63,685 bases of DNA, filler included, from Octopus bimaculoides (GCF_001194135.2; 5 parts of 5 records of this genome joined end to end with filler, not necessarily neighbours in it), one strand, 5' to 3'. Counted from the first letter of the whole stretch, positions 12,999 to 24,586 are shown. The notes: generated from the sequence alone by a model not told the origin. Made by a program: numbers and translations.

Positions 12999-13038
12999 CT
13001 GCTTGAGTGAAGCGATGGTGTAATTTGGTTGATGGGAT
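12999..13038 (-). CDS. Putative internal exon, 40 nt (YPINQITPSLHSSR)
   Basis: Acceptor cacatttcag| and donor CAG|gtatta. Phase 1 to 2 links exon 13502-13580 to exon 11748-11822 without a stop. Confidence 0.5.
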
Positions 13039-13501
13039 CTGAAATGTGTATCACACATTTCTAAATGATATTTAAAAGACCTTTTTTTTCAATTCTGCTT
13101 TGATAATATAAATTATTGGGATGGCAAAGTTTGTGTGTGTGTGTGTGATGTTCATATTAGTACCTGAATAATTACCAATGCTTCATTACAATTAGGCGAT
13201 CCTTTGAAAATTATGTTCTTTTTTTGTTCTGTAGAATGGAATATTAACAGACAGCAAAATATTTAAACATCTGTTTAACTTTAGATTACTGTTATAAAAA
13301 TCATTTAACTATTTATAAAGAAATCTTTCAATCTTGTAGACATATAAATAATACTTCTAACATCAATGCATCTTAACTTTGATTTGTCAGAAACTTCTGG
13401 AAAAAGTAAATTATATATGTGGGAAAAAATGACAGTCATTTCACTGGCAGAACAGCAGTGAATGCATTTCTAGCTTCTTAGTTATCATGTACTGTACTTA
13501 C

Positions 13502-13580
13502 ATGTACTGTAAGAGAGACAACCTGGAAATGACTTTGGAGCCTTAATTTCTTGATAGTAAATCAGTATCAAAACATGATG
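13502..13580 (-). CDS. Putative internal exon, 79 nt (HHVLILIYYQEIKAPKSFPGCLSYST); alternative inner acceptor at 13522 gives a 21-nt exon
   Basis: Acceptor atttatttctttttggctatcattag| and donor CAT|gtaagt. Open in the frame required by the downstream exons. Confidence 0.45.
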
Positions 13581-13669
13581 CTAATGATAGCCAAAAAGAA
13601 ATAAATGCATTCATCACTCCACTAAAGGGTGCTTGAAATGCTTGTTGGTGTTTTTTAAACACTTATTAC

Positions 13670-13749
13670 CTAAGGTGAGAATTATTCTCAATGGCAAAAC
13701 AACAGTGATTTGTACAGTTAAGATATGTCCAAAACATATTTGGACTGAT
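13670..13749 (-). CDS. Candidate exon, 80 nt (SVQICFGHILTVQITVVLPLRIILTL), compatible only with the 21-nt form of the next exon
   Basis: Acceptor aaacatttag| and donor TAG|gtaata. One open frame joins the short acceptor at 13522 in frame. Confidence 0.3.
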
Positions 13750-14177
13750 CTAAATGTTTGTTTCACTCTAGCCCTGCTTTTACATGTCTACTACAATGTT
13801 TTATAAATTATATATACTAATGATAAATATTTCTTGCTAATCTCATCTTTTCTGCTTTTTATTTTCTTTGTTAAATATACAGTGCTTCTAATTAGTCTAT
13901 AATAATCATTAGGTGCTATGTGTATGTAATTACATATTATTTATTTATTTAATCCTCATTTTGTGTTGGCCAATTCATTATGTCACAGAAAAATAGAAGT
14001 ACATAATGTGTAACATTGTCCTCATATCAAAATGAACTGGAGAAGTCTGTACTCTTTCAATCTCAATAAAAATAAGAACACACAATGCTGCATGCATCTC
14101 AGGATCACATAAGTGCTTCAGGTGATGCAGTAAAAACTCCTATTAAAACTGTCAAAGAAAAAAATAATAATAATAAT

Positions 14178-14419
14178 AATCCTTTCTACTATAGGCACAA
14201 GGCCTGAAATTTTGGGGGAGGGGGCTAGTCAATTGCATTGATCCCAGTATTTCACTGGCACTTAATTTATCAACCCCAAAAGGATGAAAGGAAAAGTAAA
14301 CCTTGGTGGAATTTGGACTCAGTACATAAAAATGGACAAAATGCTGCCCAGTGTGCTAACAATTCTACCAGCTCACCACCCTAATAACAATAATGATAAT
14401 GATGATAATAATAATAATG

Positions 14420-14459
<40 letters not shown>

Positions 14460-14679
14460 TAATCCTTTCTGTTATAGGAACAAGGCCTGAAATTTTGGGG
14501 GAGGGGATTACTTCATTACATTGGCCCCAAAATTTCACTGGTACTTGATTTGTCAGCCCTGAAAGGATGAAAGGCAAAGTTGACCTCAGTGGAATTTGAA
14601 CTGAGAATGTGACAATGGGCAAAATACTGCTAAGCATCTTATCCAGCACACTAACAATTTTCCAAGTTTGCTGCCTTCA

Positions 14680-14714
<35 letters not shown>

Positions 14715-14840
14715 TTTTTCAAATTTTGGCATAAGGTCAGAAATTTCAGGGAAGGGGGCTAGTTGATTACATTGGCCCAAGTGCTCAGTTAGTACTTATT
14801 TTATTGACCTGAAAGTATGATAGTCAAAGCAAACCTCAGG
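14178..14840 (-). mobile_element. Three head-to-tail copies of tRNA-derived SINE family B separated by (AAT)n
   Basis: aatcctttct..tatagg.acaaggcctgaaattttgggggagggg recurs at about 14178, 14460 and 14715, followed by the ccc..aaaggatgaaagg.aaagt motif. Confidence 0.85.
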
Positions 14841-15340
14841 CGGCGGCGGCGGCGGTGGCGGTGGTGGTGGTGGTGGTGAAATTATAATAATAATGATAAA
14901 TGCCCTAATGCAGTGCCAGGCAGTGGCTCTCATGGCTTTTGATCTTAACTGATTGGAAGTATTATCATGTTTATTATTTTGTCTTGGTATAAAAGATTGG
15001 CTACAGCAAATATTCTGCTCAATATCACAGATTATCCTGTCAGTTGTTTGACCTTAACCAGTTGAGCATGTCCCTTAGTGGCTGATGATATGTGCATCTC
15101 TAGTCATGAGTAGGACTAGTAAGGAGCATCATTGGAATTCTTTGCGGTTTGGATAATTCCCCTTTGGAAACATGGGTGTTTTGTTCTACATCCTTAAACA
15201 AACCTTATTCAGAGACCTTTTGAATGGGATGGACTACTCGACCTGAAAGAATTTTAACTGGGCATCAACTGCAAGGTCATGTGGTGTATATCTTGTTATG
15301 AGATCACCATGTCATGCACATATGGTTGTGATGCATGTGC

Positions 15341-15538
15341 CAGAATTGTTAGCTCACCAGACAAGATTCTTATCAGTATTTCTTCTGGCTTTACATTCTG
15401 GGTTCAAATGTTGTTGAATTGGCTTTGCCTTTCATCCTTTCATGGTTAATGAAGTGAATACCAGTTAAGCACTGGGGTCGACCAACCCCCTCCTACAAAA
15501 TTTCAGGCCTTGTGCCTGTAGTAGAAAGGATTATTATG
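15341..15538 (+). mobile_element. tRNA-derived SINE family B
   Basis: ctttgcctttcatcctttc...aaaatttcaggccttgtgcctgtagtagaaaggattatt is the reverse complement of the 14178-14840 units. Confidence 0.8.
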
Positions 15539-15599
15539 ATAGAGAAAAAGGGGAAGGAAGACAGAGAGAAAATAAAAAATAAAAAAGTAAACAATGAAA

Positions 15600-16243
15600 A
15601 TAAAGGGGTAAAAAAGAAAGAAAATTCACAGCAACAATGCTCTTCTCAATACGTGTGACATACCAGTTAAAAAAATCTTTTGCACTTCCTACATGGGTTG
15701 GTAACCCAGGGATCATTTTAAAATAATTTTCAGTTCCTTTTTTGATCAATTCAAGTGCTCCTACAATTACTGATATTATAACTCTCTGAGTGGTTGGCGT
15801 TAGGAAGGGCATCCAGCTGTAGAAACTCTGCCAAATCAGACTGGAGCCTGGTGTTGCCATCCGGTTTCACCAGTCCTCAGTCAAATCGTCCAACCCATGC
15901 TAGCATGGAAAGCGGACGTTAAACGATGATGATGATGATGATGATAACCATCTTGAGATGCCACGTCTTTTCGATTTTGATTAACAAATCTTTATATTTT
16001 CTGTTCTTATCAAATCCTTTTGCTGAGATATCATGGTCACAAGGTATGTTCATATCAAGCAATAAACAAACTTTATTGCTTTGGTCTTTTACAATAATAT
16101 CTGGTTTATTTGCTTTGATGGTTTAGTCTGTACATGCTGGGAAGTTCCAAAGAATAGTTACATTTTCTCTCTCAATTATAGTCTCAGGGTGGTGCTTGTA
16201 CCATTTGTCAGCAGTTTTGATTTTATAATGCAGACATCTTATC
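15600..16243 (-). mobile_element. 3' fragment of an R4/Dong-like RLE-endonuclease non-LTR retrotransposon, interrupted by a younger insertion at about 15783-15945
   Basis: Minus-strand translation DKWYKHHPETIIERENVTILWNF...KANKPDIIVKD...DMNIPCD...KYKDLLIKI...IVGALELIKKG contains the PD..D restriction-like endonuclease motif. Confidence 0.82.
15783..15945 (+). mobile_element. Young RTE-3'-end-related short element with a (GAT)n tail
   Basis: Nearly identical in inverted orientation to 23225-23390 and homologous to the RTE tail at 2500-2640. Confidence 0.8.
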
Positions 16244-16321
<78 letters not shown>

Positions 16322-16334
16322 CATTATTATAATA

Positions 16335-17054
16335 TGTTTGACTTTTGCTTTGTATTTGTACAAGTTGGTTCCAAGTCTCACCCAGAGACATCAAGAGACA
16401 ATAAGTTAGAAGTTCACGTTGGTGTTATGCCTAGGATATCATATATCTGGTTTTGAACATAGTTTTGTTCTAGAGAATGCTTAAGAAAACATAGGAAAAT
16501 TATAAGTTTGTTTTAAAATTGAAGATTATATAGACAATACTTTACGTAGGATATGGGTAGTTCCCACATGCACTGTCTTTTGAATTTCTACCATTTTGGG
16601 GTTTCCTGGTATCTGATCTAGGTAGCAATCACCCCTTTTTGCTATTATTCCTAGGGCACCAATGACAACAGGTATTGTTTTAGTCTTCAGGTTCCCTAGT
16701 CTTGCCAATTTTTATTTCAAGATCTTTATACTTGGTCAGTTTTTGGTAGGTCTTGACAGATACATTTATATCGATTGGGACAGTCATATCAATGAGGAGT
16801 CATGATGTTTGTCTGAAGTCTTTCAATATAATGTCTGGGCTATTTGCATCTACCTTTCTGTCAGTTTGAATGGTGAAGTTTCAGAGGAGTGAGATGTGAT
16901 CAATTTCAAGCACTGGAGGTGGTTTGTGTTCCCACCAGTTTATATCATGGGGTAGGTCCAGGTTTTTGCAAATTACCCAGTGAATATATTGTGCTGTTCT
17001 ATCATGCCTGTTGAGATACTCTGTAAGTGCAAGAAGACTGCATATGGAGACAAC
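16335..17054 (-). mobile_element. 3' fragment of a second R4/Dong-like RLE non-LTR retrotransposon
   Basis: Minus-strand VVSICSLLALTEYLNRHDRTAQYIHWVICK (end of the CCHC region), PDIILKDF..LLIDMTVPID...KYKDLEIKI and TIPVVIGALGII...HILRKVLSI*. The 3' end runs into (TAA)n at 16243-16330. Confidence 0.85.
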
Positions 17055-17388
17055 AGGACAAATGGAAAATGAACTGTTAACAGACTAATAACCTATCAAC
17101 CATTGTCTCTTCCATCCCTTGTTTTCTCTTTGAGGCAAGTTTACATAACTGAAAATAAAACACTTCATGGCTGAGTCTTTTATAATTTCAAAGGACAGAA
17201 CTCCAACCTTCTTGCTTCCACCTTCCTAATCTGCTGCTTTAAGTGCAGGTATGTTTGTTTCTCTCAGGCTTATCAGATGCATTTATTCTATTCAAGGGAT
17301 GGAAGAGACAATGGTTGATAGGTTATTAGTCTGTTAACAGTTCATTTTGCATTTGGTCAGGGACATTTAGCTTTTTGCAAATAGGTAT

Positions 17389-17590
17389 TAAGGCAGCAAG
17401 TTGATGGAATCATTATCACATCAAACAAAAGCATAGCAGCAGTTCTTTCAGCTTTTTACATTCTGAATTCAATTCCTGCCAAGTTCAACTTTATCTTTCA
17501 TCTCTTTGAGTCAATAAAATAAAGTACCTGTCAAGTACTGGGGTTGAGGCAATTGATTTGCTCCCTCCCCTCAAAAATTGTTCGCTTTGA
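17389..17590 (+). mobile_element. tRNA-derived SINE family B, decayed
   Basis: aggcagcaagttgatggaatcatt...ctgaattcaattcctgccaagttcaactttatctttcatc...gtactggggttgagg matches family B. Confidence 0.7.
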
Positions 17591-17731
17591 ACCTTGCAGT
17601 GGAACAGCATCCCATTGTGGGAGATATTGTGATCTCAATCACTTATTCATTATGGAATTGGGTAACTAGCCTTATAAGTTTGAGGGCTCAAAATGAAAAC
17701 AAAAATGGGACCGCATGACCATAAAGCTTAC

Positions 17732-17801
17732 CACTGGAATTAGCAACTTCTGTATAATTGGCAAGTATTTCATTTGCTTGTAGTACTGACAGAGCTATGT
17801 T
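17732..17801 (-). CDS. Candidate exon, 70 nt (NIALSVLQANEILANYTEVANSS)
   Basis: Acceptor gagttttgcag| and donor GTG|gtaagc, with a single open frame. Its phase link to the downstream exons is unresolved. Confidence 0.3.
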
Positions 17802-19255
17802 CTGCAAAACTCACTTGTCCTAGATATGATAAATGAAAATAGTATCTTTGTGGTGTTCAAATGGGCTACAATTATACACTCATTATCATCATCAACAACA
17901 TTCTAGACAATAGACCAGTTTCAGCAAATGATTGAATTTGTAAATGAAATATATAATCTAAAACTATGATAGTGGAAGTATGTATTGTGCAGCATGAATT
18001 GTCAATGATTAACCAGTTTTGTCAGTTAAGAAATGAAAAAGGTGTTATTGAGACCATTTAAGTCAATGCCAAACTAGAAGAATTAAATGCATAATAAGAT
18101 CCTGGAGAAATGAACAACAACTTCTAGTTAGATTAGACTATAATTAGTCATATGCTTTATCTGTAAATAACTGATCATTGCATTTTCACACCTAGAAAAT
18201 TTGATGTAGAAAGAAAGCAAAGGAATTATATCAGAATTACCAGCAGACACTGATAGCTAAGTGAAATCAAAAGAGAATTTAGTAAGCTTCACTAATAAAG
18301 GATAGCAGCAGATAAAAAAAATAGAGAAAGAGTGGAAAGAAAATATTACAATATTAACATTGTTAATTGTATGCTTTGTAAGAGGGAGTACAAAGCTGAG
18401 AGTAAAAGGGTGGGCTAGATAGAGAGAGAAAAGTGAGAGAAAGGTGGGGAGCAGTTGAGAGAGAAAGCATAAATTGCCCCAGCATAGTAAACGTCAGAAT
18501 TTAACTTAATTGAAACATTGTGAATCAATCCTTTGAAAAAAGATTTTTTTTATCAAATAACGCAGAAATTACTATTAGTGGCTAGTTGAGGCTTAGTAGT
18601 TTTTATGACCATATTGGTGCAGTTGATAATTACAAGTGTACAGATGTCACACATGAAGACTATACAAAAGGGGTGCTGACATTTGCTAACTGAAATTCAG
18701 CCTTTGATGATGATACATAGCTTCTGCTATGGCTAATTATTAGCCGGACTCACGTCTTTTGCATTTAATTCCTTTTGGGAAATGTTGCTCTCAGTGAGGT
18801 CCTGTTTGACACTCCCTATCCTTTATTTTTACTACATAACAACTATCATCTTTTTACTACTAGTATAATTTTTTTAATAAAGTAAACTTTTGCTTTTTAA
18901 AAAAAAAAAAAGTTTTCATTAAAATTTAATACTGAAATCATGAAATTAAACCCAAGTGGAATATAGTACGAATAATAATTTAGAAAAATTTTTTTGCTTC
19001 TTATTTGAATTTGTAATAGAAACTTGGTTAGGTTTCATTAGTATATCATTGTTCAGAAAGACAGATTTGAGTTTATTTTCAATGTAAACATTATGTACAC
19101 TCTTATCAAAAGCATGATTATATAAAAATTCATCAGATCTAAACAAAATATTGCAAATACATATATGTATGGCTGCTTGTGCATGTGCATCTTTTTCTAT
19201 CTTGATATTTTTCTTACCTTACCTAGTACAAGTTATAGGTCTTATCATTACTCAC

Positions 19256-19334
19256 ATAAACAAAAATATAATGAAATTAAGATGGCTGTGATGATTTGTA
19301 TTGGAATTTCTTGGGTTATTTTGTTCATTTTTGA
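19256..19334 (-). CDS. Candidate exon, 79 nt (SKMNKITQEIPIQIITAILISLYFCL, hydrophobic stretch)
   Basis: Acceptor atcatttacag| and donor TAT|gtgagt. A further strong acceptor (ttttgtttag) lies at 19139-19140. The frame is ambiguous. Confidence 0.22.
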
Positions 19335-19984
19335 CTGTAAATGATATCATATTTACTCAACTAATTATCCTTTTCAATGTAATTTGATTGAAATATAGGA
19401 CAAAGATATGTTTTTTTTTTGCAGTATATTTTCATTTTATGGCTTGAAGGGAATAAAATTTGAAAAGTTTTAGACAAGTTCGATGTATCTTTTGAAATAA
19501 AGTAAAAAGTTGTTAGTTCTGCACAAATAGGAAATAAGAATAATACACTATTAATTAGTTTGTGAAAAATTAGTAAGTAAATGAACATAATTTGTTTGAT
19601 ATACATTTTCTTTCATCCTTAAAACAATACCATTAAAGATATTGGTTTATTTTTCATGTAGTATTCTTTTCTATGCCTGCTGCAGGTAATTAAAAGATGA
19701 ATAGTTAAAGACATAGACATCATAAATAAAACTACCTTTGTTTTTTGGGAAAATAAAATTAATTAGGTCAGCTAGAATTTAAGAATGGTGTATTGTACCG
19801 CACAAAAAGAAAGATAAATAAAAATAAGAAATAAAAGATAAAAAATAATTGAATACAACTATCTAACTTTTGCAAACAGATGGAATATTACATAATGGTT
19901 TAACTTATCAACCCTTCTTGAATATTTCTCTTTATGATATGCTTCTGTATCCATAACTGAAACCTTTATTAATAACTAAGAATA

Positions 19985-20320
19985 AGTTGAGCTGGTGAGA
20001 TAGCTTCTATAAGGTTACTTGACCTACAAGAAATAATAACTAAATCTTTCTCTGTTCACACTCAGTTTTAAAAATTAAGTGGAGAGCGTATTGAATAATG
20101 TAATTCTAGGACTAGTGAAAAAAAAATATTAAAAAACTGAATGGTCATGACTGAAACATCTTTGATCATAATTCTGCTGCATCTGAAGTGACTTAAGACT
20201 AACCAACAACACCAAAAACACATAGGGCAAGGCAGGGCTAGATATAGCATGCCTAACAAAAATGGGATAATCACAACTGGGATGCCTTTAACTATAGGTC
20301 TGATATGGGGTTCAGCAACA
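19985..20320 (+). mobile_element. Decayed SINE-like repeat (family C), one copy plus a partial duplicate; related to 62955-63110 (minus)
   Basis: Shared motifs gaatggtcatgactgaaacatctttgatcata / ctgggatgcctttaactataggtctg and, on the minus strand, caatgcctttgatcatagacgtggtctg. Confidence 0.5.
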
Positions 20321-20509
20321 AAATAATTCATTATAAATTGAACCAACATGATAAACTTTATGTGATCACTTAACCTGCTAGAAATCACAGCCAAAATGTC
20401 CTTCAAACTTACCTTCTTTAAAGAAAAAAGGTTGCCTTTGATATAATAGTAATAAATTTAGCAAGCCTGAAAAGGAGATGGGATGGTCTTGGGTGGACAG
20501 CTGAATTTA

Positions 20510-21482
20510 GGAGGGGAATGGAGAGTCTTGAAAATAACCTGACATCTGGACATCATGCAACTGCCATCACTGAGGAAGACATCGATCGTGATCACCACAT
20601 GGTGACTGGCAATTGACTTTATATCAAATAGCTAGTGCTATTAGTATATCCTGCGAGAGAGTTGGGAATATTGTGCACATTGAACTTGGCATGATGAAGG
20701 CTTCTGCTTGTTGGGTGCCATATCTTCTGACAGCTGATCAAAAGTTACCAGGCTGATCACATCACAGAAAATCTGACATTGTCTGAGATAGATCCAACTG
20801 GTTTTCATGAACATTTCCCCTTCCAGTGTGAGTATTGAGCCAATCATATTGAGCCAGAGACAAGGGGACAATCTGTGCAGTGGAAACTCCTTTTCACCTG
20901 CTCCAAAGAAGGCCAAGGTTGTTTCATCTGTAGGGAGGGTGATGGCCTCAGTTGTTTGGGATGCAGTACGAATTGTGCACATTGATTGTCTTCAAAAAAG
21001 CCAAACAATCAATGGAGATTATTATACCGATTTCCTGAGTCAGTTACAAAAGGCTATAAAAAAAAAAAACACAAAAGGCTATCAAAACGAAACACACAAG
21101 GTAACTTATGAAGGGTTTTGTTTCATCAGGACAATGTACCATCATACAAGTCCTTGCTTTCAAAGGTTTCTGTGCATGATTGTAGCTTTGAACTGATTGA
21201 TCAGCCTCCCTATTATCCTGATTTGGCCTCATCTGACAATCATCTGTTCCCCCACATGAAAAAACACTTGGCTGGGAACCTGTATTGCAGTGATGATGAC
21301 ATCGTATCTGCTGTGGATGACTTTTTTGACCAACAAGATGAAAACTTCTTCACTAATGGGATCCAAGCACTGCAACACCGATGAGAGTAGTGTGTGGGCT
21401 GCAGTGGGAGGACTGTGTTGAAAAATAAATCTCATTTAGTCATATTCCATGAGAGTATCTTAGCATATGAACATCTCAACTG
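20510..21482 (+). pseudogene. Degenerate mariner (DD34D) transposase, 5'-truncated
   Basis: Fragments ASACWVPYLL, PKKAKVVSSVGRVMASVVWD, FHQDNVP and PPYYPDLASSDNHLFPHMKKHLAG (variants of the WVPHEL and YSPDLAPSD motifs), with multiple frameshifts. Confidence 0.9.
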
Positions 21483-22628
21483 TATAATGATTAATTCTAA
21501 TATTTAATTGAATTAACTTGCAGAGCAAGTACTAAAAATATTATGCAAATTGAAATCTCTAATTCACTGATATTATCAAATTTTATTGGTTTATAAAGCC
21601 AATAGCTATGTAGTTCTGTGTGGTCAGAAGGAGGTGTAAATAGTTTCTCTCAAGATGGTTCCAGACTGAATTGAAACTTGAATAAGAACATTCATTTGTC
21701 TTCTGTTCACAAAGAAAAGGAATACACAAGAAAGATATATGGTTATATGTGTCATTGTAAATATTTACATATTTTTACAGCATAAGTGAAATCTTGCTGT
21801 ATTTTAGTATGCATGTGCATTTAACATTTGTTCTTATAATCACTTTTGTTTCGTGCTTAATAGTATATAATAATGTTACAAAATGTAATGTTTATGTGCA
21901 TGTGTTCAATAGCTATGATGACACTGCCATGATACAATTATACAATTTCAATTCATTCTCATCCTCATCATTGTCATTTTACATCAGCTTTTCAAAGGTG
22001 GCATGAGCTGGGCAGGTTAAAATCAACTGAATCAATTTTTATTCTGAGTTACTGCTCTTCTAGACAAGTTGGACACTACATTTCATTCATACATTTCACT
22101 TTGGTAGGTTTTCTACAGCTTGAAACCCATTCTCTTGTTAACCACATTACAGAGTGTACTGAGTGCATTTTATCACATTTTATCTCCTGTACTGGAGAGG
22201 TTATTATATCCTCAGCAAGACTGTAGAGTTATTTCTATCTGTCCCTTTGTTCATTCATGGAAATTGTATTTTGGAGTAGTATTTGTTCTGAGATTGTGTG
22301 TTGAAACTGAAGCAATTATACCATGGCTGAATTATGATATTCATTTACATTACACAATTAAAATTGTTTTGTTTCTAAAATAAACAAATCATACTCTAAG
22401 TTGATGTACACTTGTGGATATTTTATATTGCACTTGAGCTCAATTTAAAAGCAATTTTACTGTACAAAATTAACTTGTTTCTAGGCTGTCATATCATGAT
22501 ATAAATAATACACTACAGGAATTATCATTCGAATGAAACACTTTTGAGTAGCATTTTCCAAACAAGAGATTAGTGACAACAAGCTTCAAAAGACTTTCAA
22601 TGAGCTCTTATAAAACAATGTACCTTAC

Positions 22629-22658
22629 TTATCAACAAATATACTGAATTTGTCAACA
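22629..22658 (-). CDS. Candidate 30-nt mini-exon (VDKFSIFVD or LTNSVYLLI)
   Basis: Acceptor gttaccattttcag| and donor TAA|gtaagg. Too short to verify. Confidence 0.18.
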
Positions 22659-23224
22659 CTGAAAATGGTAACACAATAACAGAAATAGCAAATGAAAATC
22701 TGAGTCCAAGAAAAATAGCATGGGACTGCATTAACAAAATGAATCAAATTCTCATGGTATGCAAATTTATTTAAATTTACATTCCATGAGAACACATGAT
22801 TTCTAATAATTTGAAAAATGCCCTTCCCCATAAACACACACACACACACACACATAAAATAATCTGTGTGTGTGTGTTGGCAGGAAAATTGCTGCTATCT
22901 TCAGCTTTTGGGCATCTACCATTGACAAGGCCCAAGGAAGGCTAAAAAATCACGTGATCTAGTAATCTTGGTGGTGATGATAGCAGTTGATTATCTCCTG
23001 CTAGTGATAAACAATAGTGTTTATATGCACCACAAGTCCATATGAGAGGTTCTCTCATGATGATTACATCAGTATTCAGTGTGCTAACACAACACCCACT
23101 TTTATGTGGGGATAACTATTACCCTTTGGTATTAATACTCTTTCTGTCACTATTAATTATTTCTTAATAAGCCCACTGGTTATTTGTGACACCAGTAGGC
23201 ACTGACATTCTATATATATATATC

Positions 23225-23454
23225 ATCATCATCATCATCATCATCGTTTAACGTCCGCTTTCCATGCTAGCATGGGTTGGACGATTTGACTGAGGACTGG
23301 TGAAACCGGATGGCTCCAATCTGATTTGGCAGAGTTTCTACAGCTGGATGCCCTTTCTAACGCCAACCACTCAGAGAGTGTAGTGGGTGCTTTTATGTGT
23401 CACCCGCATGAAGGCCAGTCAGGCGGTACTGGCAACGGCCACGCTCAAAATGGT

Positions 23455-23455
<1 letters not shown>
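23225..23455 (-). mobile_element. Young RTE-3'-end-related short element
   Basis: (CAT)n tail then cgtttaacgtccgctttccatgctagcatgggttggacg..., the inverted near-identical partner of 15783-15945. Confidence 0.8.
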
Positions 23456-23485
<30 letters not shown>

Positions 23486-23711
23486 NNNNNNNNNNNNNNN
23501 NNNNNNNATATATATTGCTGGCTGAGGAATTGCCACCATCTTCAGCTTTCAAGCATTTATAATTCCTTCCTTCCTTATTCATCTATCACCCCTTCCTTTC
23601 TCATTCATAAACACAAGAGTATTATTATAGTAGATTATCTCGGTAACCATGGGAACTATGAAAAAAATGTAAAGCCCAGCATCACCACCAGATCATCCAA
23701 CACATCTACTA

Positions 23712-24042
23712 TTGCCTGGGGCTGACCAAAGCCTTGTGAGTGGATTTGGCAGATGGAAATTGAAAGAAGCCCATCATGTATATATATATATGTATGTATG
23801 TATATATTTATGTGTGTGTGTCTTTGTGTCTGTTTGTCCCCTCCTCACCATCACTTGATCACTGATGTTGGTGTGTTTACATCCCCATAACTTAGTGGCT
23901 TGGCAAAAGAGACTGACAGAATAAGTAGTAGGGTTACAAAGAATAAGTCCTTGGGTCAATTTCTTCACCTAAAAACTGTTTAAGGTGGTGCCCCTGCATG
24001 GCCACAGTCAAATGACTGAAGCAAGTAAAAGAATAAAAGAAT
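23712..24042 (+). mobile_element. tRNA-derived SINE family A, 5'-truncated and CpG-decayed
   Basis: gaccaaagccttgtgagtggatttggcagatggaaattgaaagaagccc...gtcaaatgactgaagcaagtaaaagaataaaag. Confidence 0.85.
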
Positions 24043-24060
24043 ATATATATATATATATAT

Positions 24061-24447
24061 GCACCAATCTGCCAGAAGGGAAGCTGGGAATTGTACCAAT
24101 CTGCCAGAAGGGAAGCTAGGCAACAGGTTTACTTAGCCAGAGGGGAAGCAGATAAGAAAAGATTTGCCAATGTTCTGCGCCGTGAGGACCAAAGACTCGA
24201 GGTATTTCGTGTTGCAAGACAGTGTAGGAGAGAGAATAGTGATGTTGTAGGAGAGAAATGTGTTCGCATGGATGATGGTACGCTTGCACTAAATGAGGCT
24301 GCAAAGAAAGAGGTCTGGAGATGCCACTACGATAGATTGCTTAATAAAGAGAATGAATGGGAGAAAGAGAGCCTGCCGTATGTCGACCCAACAGAGAGAC
24401 CAGCTATCCGAGTTGACAGTACCAGGGTAGATAAAGCAATTAAGAGT
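24061..24447 (+). mobile_element. Internal fragment of a young RTE LINE ORF, cut by a scaffold join
   Basis: Open ORF YQSARREARQQVYLARGEADKKRF...VVGEKCVRMDDGTLAL..AKKEVWRCHYDRLLN is typical of the RTE endonuclease-RT linker region. Confidence 0.8.
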
Positions 24448-24547
24448 NNNNNNNNNNNNNNNNNNNNNNNNNNNNNNNNNNNNNNNNNNNNTTAATTAAT
24501 TAANNNNNNNNNNNNNNNNNNNNNNNNNNNNNNNNNNNNNNNNNNNN
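24448..24547. other. Artificial scaffold join 44N-TTAATTAATTAA-44N (also at 32898-32997, 43157-43256 and 50513-50612)
   Basis: An identical 100-bp structure occurs four times, and the 12-mer places stop codons in all six frames. Confidence 0.92.

Positions 24548-24586
<39 letters not shown>

Noticed and set aside
18000-18320. Possible very old LINE RT fossil
   Set aside because: The resemblance is too faint to support a call.
20198-20246. 49-nt minus-strand segment with good splice sites (HAISSPALPYVFLVLL)
   Set aside because: It lies within an antisense decayed SINE-like repeat, so it is likely a cryptic site pair. Exonisation cannot be excluded without RNA data.
22605-22765. Plus-strand open stretch LIKQCTLLINKYTEFVNTENGNTITEIANENLSPRKIAWDCINKMNQILM with a gtatgc donor
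   Set aside because: The acceptor is weak, there are no phase-compatible plus-strand partner exons, and it overlaps a minus-strand candidate.
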